From Candidatus Methylomirabilis sp. (GTDB taxonomy: Bacteria > Methylomirabilota > Methylomirabilia > Methylomirabilales > Methylomirabilaceae): 24,722 bases of DNA. The translations under genes were made by a program, and so were the position numbers. The notes beneath the pieces were generated by a model. It searched no databases, had not been told where the DNA came from, and saw only the letters and a program-made list of their open reading frames with translations. Each line of letters starts with the position of its first letter. Within the stretch, counting starts at the first letter, position 1. Shown here one piece after another: positions 18,485-24,722 of the stretch. The stretch spans positions 1 to 24,722 of the forward strand of contig JBGQJI010000028.1 in the NCBI GenBank assembly GCA_041498975.1, given 5' to 3'.

Positions 18485-19420
18485 TCAACCTTGCCGCACG
18501 CGCTGGCGCACCAGATCTGCCAGCGCGCGGATATAGAGAAGATGATCGTTCACCGTGCTGGCCCGTCGCAGTTCGAGCCCGAGCGCGTCGGCCTCCGCCT
18601 TTGCCTCGACATCGAGATCGAACAGCACCTCGACGTGATCGCATACGAATCCGATGGGGGCCAATACCGCCGATCGGCACCCCTCGGCCGATAGCTCCCG
18701 CAGCACGGCGCTCACGTCGGGCTCCAACCAGGGTTGACGTGGATCGCCGCTCCGGCTCTGGTAGGCGAGCGACCACCGCGGGTGCCCCAAGACCTCCGCC
18801 ACGAGCCGGCAGGATTCCTGCAACTGCTGGACGTAGGGGGATGCGGTCGCCATCGAGGTTGGAATGCTATGGGCCGTGAAGACCAGCGGCGTACGACGAC
18901 GGCGCTCGAGCGGGATCTCGTCAAGCGGCAAGCGGATCTGCTCCGCCAAGGCCGCAATGAAATCCGGGTGATCGTAGCAGGGCTGGATGTACTCGACTTC
19001 CGGCGCCTCCGGCCCGGCGGCCAGCAGGGCGTCGGTCACCGCTTTGACGTACTTCGTCCAGCTCGCAGCCCCGGAATCGTGCGCGGCCATGATGACCCCG
19101 ACCGCGCGCCGCACGCCGTCCTGAATCATCTTCTCCACCGCCTCGCCCACCAGGGGGTGCCAGTATCGCATCCCCACGTAGACCGGAAGCCTCGGTCCCT
19201 TGCGGTCCAGCAGCTCTGCCAGTCTCTCCGCCTGCCGGAACGTCAACTCGTTGATCGGTGACTTGCCCCCGAGCGCTTCGTAGTGATGGGCCACTTCTTC
19301 CAGACGCCCGGGCGGGACCGGCACACCTCGAAGCACGTTGGCCAGAAACGGACGAATCTCCTCCGGCTTCGTGGGGCCTCCGAAGGCGACCATCAAGACC
19401 GCGTCGAACGGCTCAGCCAT
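18485..19420 (-). CDS. hemH: Ferrochelatase
   Basis: FGGP, GGKSPIN, GMRYWHP, FTAHSIP, YQSRSG..WLEPD and PIGFVCDHVEVLFDLD. ATG 19420 lies just after the hemE stop. Confidence 0.95.
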   Translation of the reverse strand: MAEPFDAVLMVAFGGPTKPEEIRPFLANVLRGVPVPPGRLEEVAHHYEALGGKSPINELTFRQAERLAELLDRKGPRLPVYVGMRYWHPLVGEAVEKMIQDGVRRAVGVIMAAHDSGAASWTKYVKAVTDALLAAGPEAPEVEYIQPCYDHPDFIAALAEQIRLPLDEIPLERRRRTPLVFTAHSIPTSMATASPYVQQLQESCRLVAEVLGHPRWSLAYQSRSGDPRQPWLEPDVSAVLRELSAEGCRSAVLAPIGFVCDHVEVLFDLDVEAKAEADALGLELRRASTVNDHLLYIRALADLVRQRVRQG

Positions 19421-19421
19421 T

Positions 19422-21362
19422 TCACCTCCGCGTCGCTTCGTGCACGAAGTCGATGAGGGCGCGCAGGTGGTCCACTGGGGTTTGCGGCAGCACGCCGTGG
19501 CCGAGATTGAAGATGTGGCCGGGGCGGCGGGCGGCCCGCTCCAGGATTCGACCGGCTTGCCGTCGAATCTCAACAGGGTCGGCAAACAACGCCACCGGGT
19601 CCAGGTTGCCCTGCACGGCTACCCCAGGGCCGAGGCGGGCCCACGCGTCACCCAGGTCCACTCGCCAGTCCAGCCCGATCACGTCTCCACCGGCCTCCCG
19701 CATCAGCGGCAGGAGCGAAGCCGTGTCGGTCCCGAAGTGAATGACTGGCACCCCCGGCGTCAGGCCTGCGATCGTCTGTCGCGTGTGTGGCAGGACGAAC
19801 TCGCGATAGTCGTCAGGACTCAGGCAGCCGACCCAGCTATCGAACAACTGCACCGCCTGCGCCCCCGCGGCGATCTGGCCATTGAGGTAACTGGATACCG
19901 CCGCTGACAGCCGTTCCATCAGGGCATGCCAGGCTGTCGGATCCCGATACATCAGCGTCTTGGTGTGTTGATACTGGCGCGAACCGCCGCCCTCGATCAC
20001 GTACGAGGCCAGGGTAAACGGCGCACCGGCGAACCCGATGAGCGGGATCGCCGGCGGGAGGGCCGCGCGCGCCAAGCGTACCGCTTCGAAGACGAACGAC
20101 AGCGATTCTTGCGCATCGACCGGCCGAAGTTTCTTCACATCAGCGCTGGTTCTTACCGGGTGGTGGATGATCGGCCCATCGCCTTTCGTGAACTCGAGCC
20201 CGATTCCCATGGGCTCCACGACCAGCAGAATGTCGGCGAAGATGATCGCGGCGTCCACCCCGAGTCGCTCTGCCGCGGTCACCGTCACCTCAGCCGCCAG
20301 ATCGGGCCGGTGGCACAACTCAAGAAATGAGACCTTGGCCCGGATCTCTCGATATTCGGGCAAGTATCGCCCGGCCTGACGCATGATCCAGATCGGGGTG
20401 TAGGGCGTCGGCTCCAAGCGGCATGCTTTTATGAATGGACTTTCCCTCAGCGGCGCTGAGCCTCGCTCCTCTCGAACCTCGGGCCTCGAACCTCGCACCG
20501 CGCTCGCTCTCTTGATCCGGCGCAGCGCGCGGGCATGACGCGCGGCGATCATCACCAGATGGCCCATCTTCGGATGTTCCGGCTCCAGGTCCACGATCAG
20601 GCCATGCTCGCGCAGGGTTTCGCTGCAGGTGGGACCGATCGACGCGACGACCGTGTCGGGAAGCGCCGCCCTCAGTGACTCCTCCAACCCGGCTTCCGCC
20701 GCCACCTGCAGCAGATGATCCACCTGGACGGAGGTGGTGAAGAGGACCACGTCGATCTGCCGCTCGATGATGGCCATGATCGCCCGCTGAAGCGGCCCGC
20801 GATCCTCCGGCAATGCCCATCGATAGACGGGGACCTGCATGACAGAGGCGCCTCGAGCCTCTAGCCCTGCAAGTAGCTCCGGGTTGCTGCGCCCATACTC
20901 CTGCACCGCCACGCGCCGACCCTGAAGCGGGATGGCCGCCTCGTCGAGCGCGCTCAGGAGCTCGCGCCAGGTATTGGGCTCCGGGACGGCCAGCGCGATC
21001 GGCACGCCCAGTTCGCGCAGCACGGCCTGAGGCTTCGGGCCTCGGACGACGGTCGGGATCCGGCCGAGGGCCGCGAGGAACTCCGCACGCGGGAAGGCGG
21101 TTTCCACCGCGGCAACCAACGCGCGCGTGCCAACCCCGGTCAGCAGGACGACCGTATCGATCCGCCCGGCCAGTAATTCTGTGGCGAACTGCAGCGCAGC
21201 CGGGTTGTCTTCCAACGGCACCTCGCGCACAGCGGGCGCCGGGATGGGGGTCCCTCCCTGCCTGGTGATCATGTCGGCCATGGCGGTGGCCATGCGACTC
21301 TCGAAGGTCACCACCTTGAGGCCGGTCAAGCCGGTCATCGTGGGAGCGACTACCTGCTCCAT
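19422..21362 (-). CDS. hemE: Fused uroporphyrinogen-III synthase (HemD) / uroporphyrinogen decarboxylase (HemE)
   Basis: N-half is HemD-like (FESR, LLTGVG, RGPKP, VAVQEYG, VYRWALP, FTTSVQV, SIGP). C-half is HemE (PIWIMRQAGRYLPEY, DAAIIFADIL, GFAGAPFTLASY, QLFDSW, QGNLDP, FNLGHG). One continuous frame. Confidence 0.93.
   Translation of the reverse strand: MEQVVAPTMTGLTGLKVVTFESRMATAMADMITRQGGTPIPAPAVREVPLEDNPAALQFATELLAGRIDTVVLLTGVGTRALVAAVETAFPRAEFLAALGRIPTVVRGPKPQAVLRELGVPIALAVPEPNTWRELLSALDEAAIPLQGRRVAVQEYGRSNPELLAGLEARGASVMQVPVYRWALPEDRGPLQRAIMAIIERQIDVVLFTTSVQVDHLLQVAAEAGLEESLRAALPDTVVASIGPTCSETLREHGLIVDLEPEHPKMGHLVMIAARHARALRRIKRASAVRGSRPEVREERGSAPLRESPFIKACRLEPTPYTPIWIMRQAGRYLPEYREIRAKVSFLELCHRPDLAAEVTVTAAERLGVDAAIIFADILLVVEPMGIGLEFTKGDGPIIHHPVRTSADVKKLRPVDAQESLSFVFEAVRLARAALPPAIPLIGFAGAPFTLASYVIEGGGSRQYQHTKTLMYRDPTAWHALMERLSAAVSSYLNGQIAAGAQAVQLFDSWVGCLSPDDYREFVLPHTRQTIAGLTPGVPVIHFGTDTASLLPLMREAGGDVIGLDWRVDLGDAWARLGPGVAVQGNLDPVALFADPVEIRRQAGRILERAARRPGHIFNLGHGVLPQTPVDHLRALIDFVHEATRR
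20471..20498. repeat. Degenerate heptamer tandem repeat (CTCGNNC x4) in the HemD-HemE linker
   Basis: CTCGAAC CTCGGGC CTCGAAC CTCGCAC. Confidence 0.55.
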
Positions 21363-21512
21363 GCCATATCTCTCCAGCGGCCCCGCAGCCGCGTTGATGG
21401 CCTCATTCATTCCATTCAGTCGGAGTGGCAATCAATAGTATACGTGCGGGCGCCAGGAAGCGCCATACCAAATCGACCATTCTCACGAATCACCCGGGTC
21501 ATGGGAACCGGC

Positions 21513-21542
21513 CTCGGCGACATTAGTCTCGGCGACATTAGT
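21513..21542. repeat. Perfect 15-bp tandem duplication
   Basis: CTCGGCGACATTAGT at 21513-21527 and at 21528-21542. Confidence 0.9.
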
Positions 21543-21543
21543 C

Positions 21544-21572
21544 TTGACTTGGAGGAGAAAGAAAGTTATCAA
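21544..21572 (+). promoter_or_regulatory. sigma70-like promoter upstream of the structured RNA
   Basis: TTGACT (21544-21549), 17-nt spacer, TATCAA (21567-21572); predicted start near 21579-21581. Confidence 0.55.
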
Positions 21573-21579
21573 GCCCTAC

Positions 21580-21831
21580 TGAGGGATGCTGGGTGGCCGT
21601 GGCGCTTCGCGGAGGGGCTTGGACCTCCCGCTTTACAATCAGGTAGTGTAGATGCTTAACCACTGTCGTGGGTCAGTCCGCGTGGCAGGCCGGGATTAGT
21701 CGAAAGAATGCCCGGCCGGCTCTATGACATCGATGCGCGTTGGGCAGCCCGTGCCTGCCTCCGGCTGGTCGGCGGCAACAACCTCGCCATATGCTTGTGG
21801 GATCTCTCAGGCGCACAGGTGCTAACCCTCA
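21580..21831 (+). ncRNA. Candidate rod-shaped ncRNA (6S/Ms1-like or novel), or structured leader of the EamA gene
   Basis: Seven nested helices found by manual pairing, with the 5' and 3' ends paired (TGAGGG/CCCTCA), a central bubble, many G-U pairs favouring the + strand, and T5 at 21835-21839. Confidence 0.55.
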
Positions 21832-21865
21832 CCGTTTTTAGCCTCTGAGCCCAGTGACGAACCCA

Positions 21866-22744
21866 ATGAGAGACTTAGACCTTCGGGCCGCCGCGCTTGC
21901 CCTTCTCCTGGCCGCGCTGTGGGGGGCCAACCCCGTCGCGATCAAGATCGGCCTGGTGGATGCTCCCCCGCTTCGCCTGGCGTGGATGCGCTTTGTCCTG
22001 GGCGGGCTGCTGAACCTCGCCTGGGGCTCCTGGACAGGAGCACTCGTGAGTTTGAAGGTCCAGCGACACGAGTGGCGTCCCCTCGCTATTCTCGGCCTCC
22101 TCTTTACGGTTCAGATTGGTCTGCTGAACATCGGCACCAACCTCACCTCGGCAAGCCGGTCCACTGTGCTTCTGAACGCCTACGCGGTTCACACTGTCGT
22201 GATTGCACACTTCCAGATCTCGGGGGATCGCCTGACCATCCGGAAGTTGCTGGGCACCCTGATCGCCTATGCCGGGATCGTGTTGCTCTTCGGCCCGGAC
22301 CTCTACGGCAGTAGGGTAACCCTCCTGGGGGATCTCCTCGTCTCGGTCAGCGCGCTCCTCCTCGGGGAGCGGACAATCTACCTTGCCCGAGCAGTGCAGC
22401 GCATGGATCCCCTGAAGCTTCTTCTTGCCCAGGCCGCCGTCGGCACGGTCTCTTTCTTAGCATTGAGCCTTTGGGTCGAGGCAGATGCGCCCTATCAGTG
22501 GACCATACCGCTTACCCTCGCGGTCCTTTACCAAGGCCTGGTTGTGGCGGGCTTCAACTTCACCGCCAGCCTGTGGCTCCTCAAGCACTACCGACCGAGC
22601 GCGCTTGCAGGCTTCTTTCTCACCACGCCGATTTTCGGAGTCCTTCTAAGCGCGGTCTTGGTGGGGGACCCGCTGACCGGGACGCTGCTCCTGTCGAGCC
22701 TCCTCGTGGCGGTCGGGATTGGCCTCACCAGCCGTGCGGCCTGA
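21866..22744 (+). CDS. DMT/EamA family transporter
   Basis: LWGANPVAIKIGL..PP..LAWMRF, ~10 TM helices in a two-repeat layout, and TPIFGVLLS..GDPLT. Start 21866, or GTG 21854. Confidence 0.9.
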   Translation: MRDLDLRAAALALLLAALWGANPVAIKIGLVDAPPLRLAWMRFVLGGLLNLAWGSWTGALVSLKVQRHEWRPLAILGLLFTVQIGLLNIGTNLTSASRSTVLLNAYAVHTVVIAHFQISGDRLTIRKLLGTLIAYAGIVLLFGPDLYGSRVTLLGDLLVSVSALLLGERTIYLARAVQRMDPLKLLLAQAAVGTVSFLALSLWVEADAPYQWTIPLTLAVLYQGLVVAGFNFTASLWLLKHYRPSALAGFFLTTPIFGVLLSAVLVGDPLTGTLLLSSLLVAVGIGLTSRAA

Positions 22745-22829
22745 TGGTTTGATGCGTCGGCCTGCTTTCCTTGTCGCCATTGTATAGGCGCGTGCCGCGG
22801 ACCGGTATGTATGGATGTCTGGTCCGGGC

Positions 22830-22859
22830 TTGCGCCCTCTGAAACTCTCAAGGTATAAT
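22830..22859 (+). promoter_or_regulatory. sigma70-like promoter for the ABC ATPase
   Basis: TTGCGC, 18-nt spacer, perfect TATAAT (22854-22859). Confidence 0.5.
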
Positions 22860-22896
22860 GATCATTCTAGCGAGGGAATAGGCCGGGGAGCTTAGG

Positions 22897-23991
22897 ATGG
22901 CAGAAGTAGTATTGAAAGATCTCGTGAAGAAGTTTGGCGGCGTGGTGGCGGTGAAGGACTTGAACCTGACTGTCCACGACCAAGAATTCCTCGTCTTGGT
23001 GGGCCCTTCAGGGTGCGGGAAGACTTCCACCCTCCGAATGGTGGCAGGGCTGGAGGAAATCACTGCCGGGGAAGTCCATATTGGCGGGCGCCTGGTCAAT
23101 AACCTGCCTCCCAGAGATCGGGACATCGCCATGGTCTTTCAGAACTACGCCCTCTACCCTCACATGACCGTCTATGACAACATGGCCTTCGGCCTCAAGA
23201 TGCGGAAGTTTTCCAAGGCAGAGATCGAGAAGCGGGTCCAGGAGGCCGCCGAGGTCCTTGGCATCCAGGAGCTCCTGGAGAGAAAGCCCAGGCAACTCTC
23301 CGGTGGGCAGCGCCAGCGGGTGGCCGTAGGACGGGCAATCGTCCGCCACCCACAGGTCTTTCTTTTCGACGAGCCCCTGAGTAACCTGGACGCGAAGCTC
23401 AGGGTGCAGATGCGCGTGGAGCTGAAGAAGCTGCACCAACGCCTCCAGGCCACCGCCATCTACGTGACCCATGACCAGGTGGAGGCCATGACTCTCGGCG
23501 ACCGCGTGGTCGTGATGAAGGACGGACTCATCCAGCAAGTGGGAGATCCTCTGGAGGTTTACTCCGCACCCGGCAACAAGTTCGTCGCCGGATTCATCGG
23601 CTCTCCCGCCATGAACTTCCTCGACTGCACGGTCACCGGCGCTGGCGACGATCTCGTGCTGGAGGCGTCGGCACTACGGATTTCCGTCCCGAAGGAGCGC
23701 GCCCGGTCCCTAGCTGCCTACGACAACAGGCAGGTCACTCTCGGCATCAGACCGGAGGATATCAAGGAGGTCTCGGAGGGAGGTCCTTGTGGAGCCTACT
23801 TCGAAGCGGTCGTGGAGGTTAAGGAGCCGTTGGGGTCTGAGGTCCTCCTCGACATGAAGGTTGGGCCGAATCCAGTGGTAGCCAGAGTCCCACCCAGTAC
23901 TACCACAAGGGTCGGCGAAACGATCCGCCTTTCCGTGGACCCCGCCAAGATTCACCTCTTCGATCCTCGCACCGAGCGGACCATCTCCTGA
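22897..23991 (+). CDS. CUT1 ABC transporter ATP-binding subunit (MalK/UgpC family)
   Basis: Walker A GPSGCGKTS, VFQNYALYPHMTV, LSGGQRQRVA, FDEPLSNLDAKLR, YVTHDQVEAM, FVAGFIGSPAMN, and a C-terminal TOBE region. Confidence 0.96.
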   Translation: MAEVVLKDLVKKFGGVVAVKDLNLTVHDQEFLVLVGPSGCGKTSTLRMVAGLEEITAGEVHIGGRLVNNLPPRDRDIAMVFQNYALYPHMTVYDNMAFGLKMRKFSKAEIEKRVQEAAEVLGIQELLERKPRQLSGGQRQRVAVGRAIVRHPQVFLFDEPLSNLDAKLRVQMRVELKKLHQRLQATAIYVTHDQVEAMTLGDRVVVMKDGLIQQVGDPLEVYSAPGNKFVAGFIGSPAMNFLDCTVTGAGDDLVLEASALRISVPKERARSLAAYDNRQVTLGIRPEDIKEVSEGGPCGAYFEAVVEVKEPLGSEVLLDMKVGPNPVVARVPPSTTTRVGETIRLSVDPAKIHLFDPRTERTIS

Positions 23992-24191
23992 CCTGATGTG
24001 GAATTCCGATCTCGCAATTCGGATTGAAAAACAAAACCGTAGGGGCAGCGCCTGTCCTGAGCTTTAACGTGAGGCACGGGTAACCCCCTTCCTCATTGGG
24101 TGGAAGATTGTGGCTGCGACACCTCTTCTCATAAAGGAGGGAGTGTTCCCCATGTATGATAACTCCACTTACAATGGATGGATGCTTCCAA

Positions 24192-24220
24192 TTGACATCA
24201 TGCCTATCGTACGATAAGGT
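24192..24220 (+). promoter_or_regulatory. sigma70-like promoter upstream of the solute-binding protein gene
   Basis: TTGACA (24192-24197), 17-nt spacer, TAAGGT (24215-24220). Confidence 0.55.
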
Positions 24221-24372
24221 AACCACCCGAACATTGATTTCCGCGGTGCGCAGTTCGTGGGAAATCACGATCCTTGGAGGTTCCAGTGCGGGCTGGAGCT
24301 GGTGGGCGGTTTTCGTTGTGGAATGCTAAAACCGTTGAGAGAGGGGCGTAGCAGGCCTCTGGGAGGAGCATC

Positions 24373-24722
24373 ATGAGCGATAAAGCGCGCAAGCAGTTGG
24401 CGATCACCCGTCGCGATTTCGTGAAGAAGGTAGGCTTGGCCACCGGTATGGCCGTGGCTGGCTCGGGGATCGAGGGGATCCTGGCGGCCAGGAAGGCGCC
24501 GGCCTATCCCCCGGAGACCTCGATTCATTTCTTGCTCTGGAAAAACTTCTCACCGCCGGCAGATGTGGAGATCGTCCGCCAGGCGGCCGAGTGGGCAAAG
24601 TACAACGTCATCGTCAAGATCGAGCAGATCAATGCCAATGACATTCCGGCCCGGGCTTCGGCGGCCCTGGAGAGCAAGCAGGGTCCGGACATCATCCAGT
24701 TTTTTCACAACTGGCAGAACCA
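24373..24722 (+). CDS. ABC transporter extracellular solute-binding protein with Tat signal (runs off window)
   Basis: Not in the ORF track. Manual translation: MSDKARKQLAITRRDFVKKVGLATGMAVAGSGIEGILAARKAPAY..HFLLWKNFSPPAD..SKQGPDII. GGAGGAG RBS; follows the MalK-like ATPase. Confidence 0.88.
   Translation, partial: MSDKARKQLAITRRDFVKKVGLATGMAVAGSGIEGILAARKAPAYPPETSIHFLLWKNFSPPADVEIVRQAAEWAKYNVIVKIEQINANDIPARASAALESKQGPDIIQFFHNWQN

Noticed and set aside
18432..18776. N-terminal extensions of the hemY, hemH (19421-19585), suhB and aor ORFs in the track
   Set aside because: They overlap upstream genes, MITEs or promoters. Downstream ATGs match the family N-termini better.
21800..21815. CTCTCAGG as part of a glycine riboswitch; also SRP, cobalamin, lysine and ykkC readings of 21580-21831
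   Set aside because: The companion conserved motifs (e.g. CCGAAG for glycine, CAGG..GGAA..AGCAG for SRP) are absent or in the wrong order.
24039..24062. REP-like GTAGGGGC with a short hairpin
   Set aside because: It is a single imperfect copy with no partner REP and no RAYT transposase in the window.

Overview
High-GC bacterial chromosomal window, mostly metabolic and housekeeping genes. It carries a W/Mo aldehyde:ferredoxin oxidoreductase, a tandem-PDZ protein, a CBS-rubredoxin fusion, a SAM methyltransferase, suhB, a TIGR02757-like protein, a JAB/JAMM protein, corA, a DUF2914-like protein, dedA, ilvD, a propeller lipoprotein, a hemD::hemE-hemH-hemY heme operon, an EamA transporter, a MalK-like ABC ATPase, and two truncated Tat-exported solute-binding proteins at the edges. 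An accessory patch (~7.3-10.6 kb) holds a decaying type II restriction-modification locus: an intact amino-methyltransferase facing an Eco29kI-like GIY-YIG endonuclease broken by an in-frame stop. Two signals are not explained by the ORF track. (1) A ~250-nt intergenic segment (21580-21831) has its own sigma70-like promoter and folds by hand into a long rod with a central bubble and branched apex; it is a candidate 6S/Ms1-like or undescribed ncRNA. (2) A family of TA-flanked miniature inverted-repeat elements is present, with one nested inside another and two diverged copies bracketing the methyltransferase gene. All calls come from motif recognition and manual base pairing; no searches were run.
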